Source: Synechococcus sp.
Lineage (GTDB): Bacteria; Cyanobacteriota; Cyanobacteriia; Thermostichales; PCC-7336
Direction: 5' to 3'
Assembly: GCA_051439605.1 (NCBI GenBank)
Contig: JBFRWN010000097.1
Location: 1 to 43,471 of the forward strand
Length of the DNA stretch: 43,471 bases
Position 1 is the stretch's first letter; each line of letters opens with the position of its first letter. Below are positions 1-9,509 of the stretch, piece after piece. Under the pieces are notes generated by a model, which was given only the letters and a program-made list of their open reading frames with translations, was not told where the DNA came from and made no database searches. A program made the translations under genes and the position numbers.

Positions 1-340
1 GTACATACTGGAGCGATGGTGCAAGGCTTTTGGCCGATTATTTCAATTTCCCTTGCACTTGGCCACTGCTTTATGAGCTTGAAAGCCACCAATAGCAATA
101 GAACTAGACTTCAACAGCTGGCCCTACTTAGCTCAAGCAGTGTAATGAGTGATATCTAAGGCATCAATCGCTTACTTTGTCAGGCCTCGTCAAATCAGCT
201 CGAACCTAACTTTTGCGGGAACGGCCGTTGCTAAAAACTTTGCTGGGCAAGACTTTGAACCTGTTGAAGCTGACTAAGGCAGGTCAGATCGCGGTTACCA
301 GCACAGTCCCCTTCAAAGAGAGTTAGATTGTGAGAGTTGA

Positions 341-358
341 GTTACATTAGTTTACATA
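341..358 (+). promoter_or_regulatory. HLR1 motif (RpaB binding site)
   Basis: GTTACATT-AG-TTTACATA matches (G/T)TTACA(T/A)(T/A)-N2-(G/T)TTACA(T/A)(T/A) in both halves; about 345 bp upstream of the site-2 protease. Confidence 0.75.
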
Positions 359-703
359 AGGAAAAAGGACATACGAAGTTCCTACCATCTACCGGGCTAC
401 TGATATGGATGCGTTGAATACCTATGCCAGCATCCTGCACTCCGGCGTTGCTTCGTTTCCTCCTAAATGCGCGCAGCAACGCCATGCCCTCGTAGCGTTC
501 CTGCCGCTACTCTCGCTACCGGTCTTGTTCTGTTAGATTCTGGCGTTTGTGACTTGCCGATCTCATCGACTTCCGGAGTGGATGCTGTTCTGGAGCCTTC
601 TTTCTTTGGCTGAGTGACAGAATCCATACCATCGAAGTCATGAGTGACAGCGAGACCCTTGTGAGAGCTGTTTCCTCGCTCTTGCTGTCTTGATGGTGAA
701 ATT

Positions 704-1828
704 ATGAATGGTAGCTTTCGTGCTGGCAGTCTGTTTGGCATTCCGTTCAATGTGAATCGCTCCTGGTTTTTGATTCTCGGCTTAGTGACTTGGAGCTACG
801 GCAGCGGATTGGCCTTTCAATTTGGAGGAGCAGGCGGTCTTTTGCCCTGGCTGTTGGGATTAGTGACCGCACTGTTAATGTTTGCCTCTGTTATCGCCCA
901 TGAATTGGGGCATAGCTTTGCCGCCCTCCGCCAAGGAATTAACGTCAAGTCCATTACGCTGTTCATGTTCGGTGGACTGGCCGATCTGGATAGAGAATCC
1001 GATACGCCAGGTGGTGCGTTTAAAGTGGCGATCGCCGGTCCCCTGGTCAGTTTAGGATTGTTCGGTTTACTCACAGCCATTGCTACAAATGCTCCCTTAC
1101 CCGGTTCTCTGGTAACGGTTGTTGGGGCGCTCGCCTACATCAACTTGGCACTGGCGCTATTCAACATGATTCCTGGCTTACCCCTAGATGGTGGTAATGT
1201 GCTCAAAGCAGTGGTTTGGAAGCTGACGGGTAATCCCTACCGCGGAGTCAAGTTTGCAAGTCGCATGGGTCAACTGTTTGGCTGGACGGCCGTTATTTTT
1301 GGCTTGCTGTCAGTGTTTGGACTCAGTAGTGTTGGCAGCATTTGGACGCTCCTGATTGGCTGGTTCCTGCTTCAAAATGCCAGTCGTTCCGCTCAATCGG
1401 CAGACGTTCAAGAACAGTTGACAGGATTGACTGCGGGTGACGCTGTAATTCCAGAGAGCCCGATCGTCTCTGCGGAAATTTCATTACGCGACTTTGCTGA
1501 CGAGCTAGTTTTGTCTAAGGGAAATTGGCGCCGTTTCATCGTCACAGACACGGTCGGTCGGTTAATGGGCGAAATTGCTGCAGACACTCTAAAGTCAGTA
1601 CCCAATGAACTGTGGTCCCAGACTCGGGTGAAAGACTTGCTTAAGCCTGTTGACCAGACGGCGATCGTTCCCTCTTCTCAGCCGTTGTTGGAAATTCTCC
1701 AAAAGCTCGAGCAGCAACAGCGATCTGAATTTTGGGTGACTGCTGAAGATGGTGGAGTTTTGGGTTTGTTGAGAAAAGCCTCTATCCGGCAGCTCTTGCA
1801 ATCCAAACCGCAGCTCGATCTCGCTTGA
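704..1828 (+). CDS. Site-2 protease (peptidase M50) with C-terminal CBS-like domains
   Basis: HELGH zinc motif, FNMIPGLPLDGG motif, several TM segments and a soluble C-terminal region; resembles the Synechocystis Sll0528 type. Confidence 0.93.
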   Translation: MNGSFRAGSLFGIPFNVNRSWFLILGLVTWSYGSGLAFQFGGAGGLLPWLLGLVTALLMFASVIAHELGHSFAALRQGINVKSITLFMFGGLADLDRESDTPGGAFKVAIAGPLVSLGLFGLLTAIATNAPLPGSLVTVVGALAYINLALALFNMIPGLPLDGGNVLKAVVWKLTGNPYRGVKFASRMGQLFGWTAVIFGLLSVFGLSSVGSIWTLLIGWFLLQNASRSAQSADVQEQLTGLTAGDAVIPESPIVSAEISLRDFADELVLSKGNWRRFIVTDTVGRLMGEIAADTLKSVPNELWSQTRVKDLLKPVDQTAIVPSSQPLLEILQKLEQQQRSEFWVTAEDGGVLGLLRKASIRQLLQSKPQLDLA

Positions 1829-1894
1829 CGAATCGATAGGGAATGAGCTTCACCTCGATATCATTCATCGACGAGACATACAACTCATTTCCTC

Positions 1895-1925
1895 GCCCTC
1901 GATCGCTCGGTTGAGGGCTTTTTGT
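1895..1925 (+). terminator. Intrinsic terminator after the protease gene
   Basis: GCCCTCGATC-gctc-GGTTGAGGGC stem (with G.U pairs) followed by a T-rich tail. Confidence 0.65.
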
Positions 1926-2255
1926 ATTGAATTGCGATCGCGTAAATGCCACTTTATACGGAATAGCGATAGGTGTTAGAGTCGCTTGTTGCTTCTTGAC
2001 CCAATCCTTTAACTGCAGGATAGATTGGTCAGCCTTTGGGAGACAGCTGAAGGTCCTTTTTCATGGTTGCAATAAATCACTCACAGAACCTGAAACCCAA
2101 GTCCTACAGCTGCAGCTAGCAAAGTGTTTGCCGAGCTATCCCAAGAAGAGTCATCAAATAAGTTCTTGCCAAGTTCGGGCTTCATGCTTAAAATCAGTTA
2201 TCTCCTAATCAAATGTCTCCTGTTTTAATAAGCATTTATACTTTCAAAGGACATT

Positions 2256-2287
2256 AGCCGCCGCTCTTTGCGTGCGGCTGTTTTTTT
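2256..2287 (+). terminator. Orphan intrinsic terminator-like hairpin
   Basis: AGCCGC..GCGGCT stem with an inner CGC/GCG pair, then G and T7. Confidence 0.55.
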
Positions 2288-2448
2288 GGGGAAGAAAAAA
2301 ATAGTTTGAATCGCTTTCTCCAAAGGGATCAATTCATCGTAAATCTCCGCACTCTTCCCAACAGCTAGCACCCCGATAATCAGTTTGGTGTAGATCTCGT
2401 TGCCTCAACCTTGGTATTTCAGCAATGCTCTACGTCACTCCAGAGCAA

Positions 2449-2775
2449 TCACATCAGCATCAGAGCTTTGATTTTTGAGAGTTTTTCCTTGGTTAACCCT
2501 TGGAGTTCATCGAGTTCCAACCAACCTTCCTTGACTAACTGGGCAAAAACAAAGAGAAGCACGGAATAGCGGTAGTCGTACTTACCATCTACATCGTGCC
2601 GCTTAGTACTCAAGAAGTCGTGCAGATTCCACACATGATCGAGTTCAGCGATCTCGCTGGCTTGTTCTCGAACCTTCCTGATTAGGGCTGCAATTTCTCG
2701 CTCATAGGCTTTGTCGAAGGCAGCTTGAGCAACTTCTTTCTCAGTTTGAGTCCAGTCAGCACTATTATCTGGCAT
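2449..2775 (-). CDS. frp: Fluorescence recovery protein (FRP)
   Basis: 108 aa; W-x-L-H-D-F-L-S-x-K-R-H-x2-D-G-K-Y-D-x-R-x-S signature; lies downstream of ocp. Confidence 0.95.
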   Translation of the reverse strand: MPDNSADWTQTEKEVAQAAFDKAYEREIAALIRKVREQASEIAELDHVWNLHDFLSTKRHDVDGKYDYRYSVLLFVFAQLVKEGWLELDELQGLTKEKLSKIKALMLM

Positions 2776-2828
2776 TGATAAAATGAAAGATGTTTACATA
2801 ACTTCATTGTAATTCAAGGCACATCCAT

Positions 2829-3605
2829 TCATGAAGTCTGTTTGCAAGCGTGATGAGCTGCTGGCAATCGATACCAAGGGATGTGGGGATAGGTGTGGTG
2901 CTCCCAGTGATAGCCGAAGTGGTAGCACGTTAAAAAAGACCACCATAATGGAAAAGCCTGGCTGCGAATGGTGTATTGGTTGACGTTGTCGTCCATCGAT
3001 GTCTTTTCAGAATCCTCGCGGTGGGGCAAGTAGGTTCCAAAGAAGAACAGCTGAATGGAACTGAATACCAGCGGTAACAACCAGAAGAGTAGAAAATTGA
3101 CGGGGGAGATTTGAAACAGGGTGCTTAGAGTCAACAATATGACTCCGCAACTGAGTACAAAACTGATCAAGTGACGGACCGGTAGATATTCCCGGATAAA
3201 TTTTAGGTACCAGAGGACAGGATGTGTTTGACCGCTGCAAAAATCTGGGTCATCTTGTTGGGCTGGATGGAGGTGGTGGGTTAAGTGGTTCGTGCGGCAG
3301 CGTTCGTAGGGCAAGAAAGCATAAAGCCATACCGTTATCTTTCCAAGCAGAGTATTGAGGTGTGGATGCTGGGGCATCAGACTCAAGTGCATGGCATCGT
3401 GGGCAACAATAAAAAGCCCCGTGTGTAGAAAAGTCCGTCCCAAAACTGCACCTACGATCGACCACATTGGCCAACAATCTAGCGAGAGTCGGAGCATCTG
3501 AACCAAACTGAGGCCCCAAAGGCAGATGATGCTACCCCCGAGTGCTACCCCTAGCCAGGAATCATGCTTGCTTGGCCAAACTTGCACTTCCACACACTTT
3601 GTCAA
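2829..3605 (-). CDS. crtW: Beta-carotene ketolase (CrtW type, fatty acid desaturase superfamily)
   Basis: His boxes HDAMH, HLTHH and HWEHH; TGLFIVAHDAMH, QLFFFGTYLPHR and TCYHFGYH motifs; sits between ocp and frp; exact start codon uncertain. Confidence 0.88.
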   Translation of the reverse strand: MTKCVEVQVWPSKHDSWLGVALGGSIICLWGLSLVQMLRLSLDCWPMWSIVGAVLGRTFLHTGLFIVAHDAMHLSLMPQHPHLNTLLGKITVWLYAFLPYERCRTNHLTHHLHPAQQDDPDFCSGQTHPVLWYLKFIREYLPVRHLISFVLSCGVILLTLSTLFQISPVNFLLFWLLPLVFSSIQLFFFGTYLPHREDSEKTSMDDNVNQYTIRSQAFPLWWSFLTCYHFGYHWEHHTYPHIPWYRLPAAHHACKQTS

Positions 3606-3664
3606 TTACTTACTTGAATTTAGTTCTAAAGAATCAGATGAAGCTGTCTGTCATCTTCTGAGTG

Positions 3665-3696
3665 AAAAAGCGCCCCTCTGTGGCGGGCGCTCTTTT
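3665..3696 (-). terminator. Terminator or attenuator hairpin between ocp and crtW
   Basis: Minus strand reads GAGCGCCC-gccacagag-GGGCGCTTTTT. Confidence 0.65.
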
Positions 3697-3733
3697 CCGA
3701 TCGGCAACATGACCGCCTGGGGAGGTACTAGTA

Positions 3734-4693
3734 CTAGCGAACTAAGTTCAGAAGCTCCTTGGGCGATGCCAGCAAATCGATCGCGACAAAGAAGATCTTA
3801 TTTTCTGGATTGAGCAAAAAACGCCATGCGATATTCATGCCAACATCAGCTCCAAACCAGGGTGTTTGACATTTTCCTGTTACCTTGATCTGAGTAAAAT
3901 CATCTTCCGCAGGCTCGGCGACACCCCGTTCCGGTATCAATTTCAGGTTCTGACAGTCTTGTCTAAAAAACTGTAGCACCGCATCTTTTCCCACAATCGG
4001 TCGTTTGAAAGGGGGCTGTAAGGCACCGTCAGGCGTGAATAGTTCGATAAGAGCGTCGAAATCATTCGCATTGAGGTTGTTCATGTAATCGAGCACGGTC
4101 TGATTCGTCACGCCCTCAATAGTCACCTCTGTCCGCTTTGATTCCTCTGTGGGGGTAACTACGGGTTCTGAAACTGGGGTGTAATCCTCCATTTTTTGAG
4201 GATCGTAGCCCAAGTCCACTACTGCGTTGCGCAAAACAGTAATTTGTTGGCCGGCATCCAAGCTGCGAATGGTATCTAAGACAGCGTTTGCATTAGCAGA
4301 TAGTTCGTAGCCTTCTGGAATCGGAGCCACTATCCCCTCATCCATCCACTCGGCAAGTTTGTACCAGAAGCCCAATTTAAGATTCTGTGACCAGATCGCA
4401 TAAGTGCGGCATATCGGCGTATCCGCACGATTCGCCAAGTCGCACATGACCTGGGTTTGCTCGGGGAAAGACATTTCCCGAATTTCATTCAACGTTCTCT
4501 CGGCAAGCGTCATACGAGCTACCCCTAGAGCTGCAGGAGTAATCGATTTGCCCATTTCTAAATAGGCGAACCAGATCAGGGCTAGTTGATCTTCAGCACT
4601 TAGCTGGTTAAATCTCGCAATTGTTGCCGGGACCGCATCGGCAGTTAAAGTTGCCGGGAAAATGCTGCGAGCAGAATCAATCGTATAGGGCAT
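3734..4693 (-). CDS. ocp: Orange carotenoid protein (OCP1 type)
   Basis: 319 aa; MPYTIDSARSIFP N-terminus; QITVLRN, DYMNNLNANDF and MNIAWRFLLNPE motifs; C-terminal IDLLASPKELLNL; linked to frp. Confidence 0.97.
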   Translation of the reverse strand: MPYTIDSARSIFPATLTADAVPATIARFNQLSAEDQLALIWFAYLEMGKSITPAALGVARMTLAERTLNEIREMSFPEQTQVMCDLANRADTPICRTYAIWSQNLKLGFWYKLAEWMDEGIVAPIPEGYELSANANAVLDTIRSLDAGQQITVLRNAVVDLGYDPQKMEDYTPVSEPVVTPTEESKRTEVTIEGVTNQTVLDYMNNLNANDFDALIELFTPDGALQPPFKRPIVGKDAVLQFFRQDCQNLKLIPERGVAEPAEDDFTQIKVTGKCQTPWFGADVGMNIAWRFLLNPENKIFFVAIDLLASPKELLNLVR

Positions 4694-5637
4694 GGTTTTA
4701 CCTAAGTCGCTTAAAAATCAGAGTTTGATGTAAACGGGTGTCGATCGAGAATTGATGTCAAGCGGAACCGATCCCAAGCATAAGCAAGGATCGACCACTC
4801 AAGTATGAAAATACTTAAACCTCAAATCCTGTCTGAGGAGAACTATCACAGTCTTTGGCTGGGAAGGAATTCATGTATATGTACTCAATACATGGCTTCC
4901 AGGCTAGAAGCAGCACAAAACGCTGTGGAAGTTTAAGAATAAAAAATTATAGGAAAAAGTCTATACATCAAAACAGCAACACCTACATCCGAAAACCGAA
5001 TACTTTTCCTCACTTAGAGATAATTTACTAGAGCAATTGCAAGCAAATTACTTGGCAACCTAACTCTCTTAGTTCATTAGAGGAAGTATCGATTAATTCT
5101 TTCAGTGTTGCTGCTAAAGATTGAATTAACTAGTAAGTTAAACAGACTATACACTCCGGTATTGAACGCATCTGAAGCTCTTCTGCTTCAATTTCACTTT
5201 ACCCCTACGAGCGCTATATGCCAGCTCGCGAAACATAACTTTGAATTACAGGTTGGGTTACCTCATTCCCTGTCTCTTGATTAATTCAGAGCATCTACTT
5301 CAGGGCATGCATAAATTGTTGCTAGCTGTGGGTCATTTACCGATAGAAGTTTTCAGGTCGTATATCTTGAACCAAACTTTTTTTAAGAACGTCAAATGTT
5401 TATTCCTCACTCGCTCCACTTGGTCCACTGGCTTGTGGATATAGGCTAGGGGCGTGCCGGTCCGTTCGTTGAAGAGACGCTGACAACTTTTGCATATGTA
5501 GCGCTGCAGGGGCTCTTGATGGCGACGAGGACTAAACCCTCGCTTGCTGGTGCTTTCGCTTTGGCAATAGGGGCATTGTATGGGGACTACAAGCTATACG
5601 CTTAAAGCGTTTTAGCCCTTAAACCAATTTCTATCCA

Positions 5638-5865
5638 GTGCCCAAACGAGGGCGCTGGCTTTTGGCGGCAGCGATTCTGGTGGGGGCGATCGCCGCTCAA
5701 GCCAGTCATATCAACGAAGCCGCAATTTCCCTTGTCTGGTCATTTTTGGCAGGCAGCATCATTTTGAATATTTTGAAGCGAGAATTGCCGGACGAGCAGA
5801 AGAGTTGCTTTGGATCTTTTGTCGCTGGAACAGCACTTTACTCAGGGTTGATTTTGTTGCTCTGA
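5638..5865 (+). pseudogene. C-terminal fragment of a conserved membrane protein
   Basis: GRWLLAAA...SFLAGSIILNILKRELP...SFVAG..LY resembles the C-terminus of a larger membrane protein family; no in-frame N-terminal part upstream. Confidence 0.55.
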
Positions 5866-5986
5866 GTCGGGTATCCAGATTGCGCAGAAGAAAGAGCTAG
5901 ATCTGGGTATTGCAAGGGGACTAACCTGTGAAGATCCCACCCTCGTTAAAATAATTGCCGACCCCAAGTTGATTTAGTGGATTGCG

Positions 5987-6370
5987 ATGCCAACTCCAGC
6001 AGTTCAAGCTTTGGTTCAAAAGGCCCGTCATGCTTGGTTAACCAGAAATGCCGATGAATTTGTCAACCTTTTTACAGCTAATGGCAAGTTCATTACGCCA
6101 GGAAATCGATGTGTCGGTCTAACCGAGATTCGCCATGCTTTTACGGACTATGCTGCTGCCTACGATGAGGTGCAGATCGATATTCGTAATGTGATTCAGG
6201 AGGGAAATCTCATCCTCGTCGAATGGGATTGGCACGATCGGGAAAAAGCAACCGGGAAGCGAACCCAGGCAGAGGATGCCATTGCAATCGACCTAGAGGG
6301 AGGGAAAATTCGTCGCTGGCGAGAATATATCGATGTTGTCGAATCACAGGAGCTTGCTGGCTCCCAATGA
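5987..6370 (+). CDS. SnoaL-like / NTF2-family protein
   Basis: 127 aa; LFTANG..PG..G...I pattern and C-terminal GKIRRWREYID. Confidence 0.88.
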   Translation: MPTPAVQALVQKARHAWLTRNADEFVNLFTANGKFITPGNRCVGLTEIRHAFTDYAAAYDEVQIDIRNVIQEGNLILVEWDWHDREKATGKRTQAEDAIAIDLEGGKIRRWREYIDVVESQELAGSQ

Positions 6371-6487
6371 TGCGCAACGACTAGACCTCTTGCGCGATCT
6401 TCAGTTGCCATAGAAAGTTCAAACTTGTAGAGCGCAGCAATCAAGTCAAAGCACCATTCAAAGCACCTCCGCGCCGGTAAAGCACTA

Positions 6488-7312
6488 GTGAACACTTCTA
6501 CACTTATCGAAAGTCGAGTACAGCTCCACTATGCCATTCAATCGATTGCAGCCATCAGTGCTGTTCTTGCTCCGCCTCAGCCGGACTTTAGCCACACAGC
6601 CCTGACTTGGCACCCATCATCTAGCAGTTTTATGGGGACTGAAATTCACGCTAGCCAACCCTTCCGAGTGGGACTGGAACCTGTCAGCTTGACAGCTTCA
6701 ATTTACGGAGAGGGCGATCGTCAACTGGCTTCCCGATCGCTCCACAACATGACGACGGCAGAGGTTTTGCAGTGGCACAAACAGGAGATTGCCGAGTTGG
6801 GAGCCGATACTGAGCAGATCGTGTTTTTGGACTACCCATCGGATGATTTTCCAGACCATCCCCTAGCCCGTGGTGCTCGGTTCGATGCTAGCCAAACTAC
6901 CGGGCGCCAAGAACTGGCTAGCTACTTTGCCCAAACTCATCACCTTTTGCAAGCGATCGTTGTCGGTACCGTCGGAGCTTCTCCCATCCGCATTTGGCCC
7001 CACCACTTCGACATGGCGACGCTGATTTCCCTTGCCGAACGAGACAATGGCGAGGCAAGGTCGATTGGAGTGGGATTTTCCCCTGGCGATGCCAGCATCG
7101 ACCAACCTTATTGGTACGTTACCCCTTGGCCCTATCCAGAGACAGCTGACTTGCCAGCACTTGCTGGCGGCGGAAGTTGGCACACCAGCGGCTGGGTGGG
7201 TGCTTTGCTGAGGCGATCGCAGTTGGAGCCAGCAACTGAAGCAGAGCAGATAACACAATTCCTCCAGTCTGCACTTCACCATGCCAAAGCTCTATTGGAA
7301 GGGAAATCTTGA
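6488..7312 (+). CDS. Conserved hypothetical protein (DUF5996-like)
   Basis: SHTALTW, IWPHHFDMA and GFSPGD..PYWYVTPWP motifs. Confidence 0.72.
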   Translation: MNTSTLIESRVQLHYAIQSIAAISAVLAPPQPDFSHTALTWHPSSSSFMGTEIHASQPFRVGLEPVSLTASIYGEGDRQLASRSLHNMTTAEVLQWHKQEIAELGADTEQIVFLDYPSDDFPDHPLARGARFDASQTTGRQELASYFAQTHHLLQAIVVGTVGASPIRIWPHHFDMATLISLAERDNGEARSIGVGFSPGDASIDQPYWYVTPWPYPETADLPALAGGGSWHTSGWVGALLRRSQLEPATEAEQITQFLQSALHHAKALLEGKS

Positions 7313-7494
7313 TGACCTTAGCTTGCTCATTGGCAGGATTTGGGCGATCTCCCTAATACCCGAACTGAGTTTGAATGCTGAAGACTGGAGCAAATTTTAG
7401 CTGAGAGCATGCCAAAAGATTTCAGAATTAATGAATAGCCAGAATTCTCTATTCGTCTACACAATAAGTTCCCGTTCACCCATGGAGAAAAAAC

Positions 7495-8280
7495 ATGCAA
7501 TCTAACGAACAATCTGTACCTATGTCAGAACAGCTGATTAAGATTACCAAACGCCAATGCGAAGATACTCCGGCAAAATATAATGATTTGAAGGTGCTTT
7601 TCCTAAATTGTACCCTTAATCGAACTCCAGTTTTATCGCACACTCGAGGCGTCATCAATATTGCTAAAGCAATTTTCGAAGCGAATGGGGTTCAAACTAA
7701 GGTGGTTCGTCCAGTTGATTACGAAATCCCCGCTGGTTTAGGTCTGGATATGTCCCAAACCGATGAATGGGAAAAAGACGATTGGCCCCAAATCCAAAAA
7801 GAAATTGATGCAACCGATATTTTGGTGCTGTGTACGTCCGTTTGGCTGGGCGAGAAAAGTTCAGTTTGCAATCGAGTATTGGAACGAATGTATGGCTACA
7901 CCCACCTTCTTAACGAAAAAGGTCAGTACCGCGACTACGGTAAAGTTGGGGCTACCTTAATCACTGGTAACGAAGATGGGATCAAACATTGTGCAATGAA
8001 CATATTGTTTTCTCTATCCCATATTGGCTATACCATTCCTCCCCAAGTTGATGCGGGGTGGTTGGGAGAGGTGGGGCCTGGTCCGTCTTATCTAGATCCT
8101 GGGTCTGGCGGACCAGAGAATGATTTCACGAATCGAAATACAACTTTCTTGGCTTGGAACTGTATGCATATGGCCAGACTCTTGAAAGACAACGGCGGCA
8201 TTCCAGCCCATGGCAATCAACCGGATGTCTGGGATGCTGGCTGTAAAACTGACTTTAACAACCCAGAACACAAAAGATAA
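7495..8280 (+). CDS. Flavodoxin family / NADPH-dependent FMN reductase
   Basis: FLNCTL..SHT, WLGEKSS, GNEDG and NDFTNRNTTFLAWN motifs. Confidence 0.88.
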   Translation: MQSNEQSVPMSEQLIKITKRQCEDTPAKYNDLKVLFLNCTLNRTPVLSHTRGVINIAKAIFEANGVQTKVVRPVDYEIPAGLGLDMSQTDEWEKDDWPQIQKEIDATDILVLCTSVWLGEKSSVCNRVLERMYGYTHLLNEKGQYRDYGKVGATLITGNEDGIKHCAMNILFSLSHIGYTIPPQVDAGWLGEVGPGPSYLDPGSGGPENDFTNRNTTFLAWNCMHMARLLKDNGGIPAHGNQPDVWDAGCKTDFNNPEHKR

Positions 8281-8349
8281 CGATAGATCTGCTGTCTTAA
8301 TCGATATTCCCCCCCCCTCGATCGAGTTCCATATCATAAGGAGAAAACG

Positions 8350-8832
8350 ATGGATCTTAAATCAGTTGCACTGAATCTTCCAGAGGAAAGCAATCTCATT
8401 CTGGGGCAAACCCACTTCATTAAAACCATTGAAGATCTGTACGAAATCATGGTGGGGACATCGCCTTCCGCGCAGTTTGGCATCGCATTTTGCGAGGCAT
8501 CCGGTCCCTGTCTGATACGAGTGGCGGGTAACGATCCAGCCTTGCAAGCCAGTGCGACCGAGAATGCAGAGGCGATCGCGGCCGGACACAGCTTTATCAT
8601 CCTGATGAAGGAGGCATACCCGATCAACGTCCTTAATGCCATCAAGCAATGCCCGGAGGTCTGTGGCATCTATTGCGCGACTGCAAACCCGGTCGAAGTC
8701 ATTGTGGCTGAATCCATACAGGGAAGGGGAATTTTAGGGGTAATTGATGGTTTCTCACCAAAGGGGGTGGAGGGGGCAGAAGATGTGCAAGCGCGCCAAG
8801 ATCTGTTGCGCAAGATTGGCTACAAGCTCTAA
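8350..8832 (+). CDS. Adenosine-specific kinase family protein (DUF355)
   Basis: GQTHFIKT, FCEASG, CATANP, GRGILGVIDG and IGYK motifs; GGAG RBS upstream. Confidence 0.9.
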   Translation: MDLKSVALNLPEESNLILGQTHFIKTIEDLYEIMVGTSPSAQFGIAFCEASGPCLIRVAGNDPALQASATENAEAIAAGHSFIILMKEAYPINVLNAIKQCPEVCGIYCATANPVEVIVAESIQGRGILGVIDGFSPKGVEGAEDVQARQDLLRKIGYKL

Positions 8833-8873
8833 CGCATCAATCAGAACCCGTTGATGGGCTTTCAAATACCCAG

Positions 8874-9248
8874 CTAGCTTAGTTTTTCGGAGGCACTGCG
8901 AGGCTTACCGTTCAACAGAATTTGAGTGTGGGCATAAGCCAAAACCGAGGTCCAATAAGCTCGTTGGGCCTCGTTACTGACCTCTTGAAGTTCTTCGTGG
9001 GCCAGTCGGGTGAGATCGCTCCAAAAATGACGGGTAGTGCAAGTTTTGAGATCTGACTCAGGTACCCCCTGTTCGTTGCAGTTGGCATAGGCTTGTTTAA
9101 ACCGATCCTCCCAATATTCTCGGGTGGGTCGATCGGGGTGTTCCAGTAGGCGATCGACCGCATCTTCTTCTATTGACCGCCAAAATTCTGCTAGCTCGAT
9201 GGCCAAAGGTTCGCTGTGTCTGAGTCCTTCTTTTCGATCGACGTACAT
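8874..9248 (-). CDS. Hypothetical protein (predicted helical)
   Basis: 124-aa ORF with GGAGGG RBS 6 nt upstream of the ATG; no family recognised. Confidence 0.6.
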   Translation of the reverse strand: MYVDRKEGLRHSEPLAIELAEFWRSIEEDAVDRLLEHPDRPTREYWEDRFKQAYANCNEQGVPESDLKTCTTRHFWSDLTRLAHEELQEVSNEAQRAYWTSVLAYAHTQILLNGKPRSASEKLS

Positions 9249-9509
9249 GGGTTCACCCTCCGATCGGTCTGTCTTGGTAATTGCTTGTGAATTACCCCCA
9301 CTTCTAGTTTAAGTAGTCATTCGGGCATCACGCCTCTTTCGCAAAGTACCGCTAGGTACCTCCCCGATGCGATCGAGTCTTTCAACCGTGCCATGCACAA
9401 CGCGATTAAGACCAAGGGGATGGTTCAAATATTGGCCAATATAGGTAACATTTGCACAACAAAGTAGACCAACTTTTAAAGTTGACCAAGCTCGATAATA
9501 GAAGCGTGA

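Noticed and set aside
5987..6370. NTF2-fold gene near ocp as a carotenoid-binding CTD homologue
   Set aside because: It lacks OCP C-terminal-domain motifs such as PPF..PIVG and W.F.L, and looks like an ordinary SnoaL-like protein
8310..8317. C8 tract upstream of the DUF355 gene as a phase-variation site
   Set aside because: The run is short and intergenic, with no identifiable promoter elements around it
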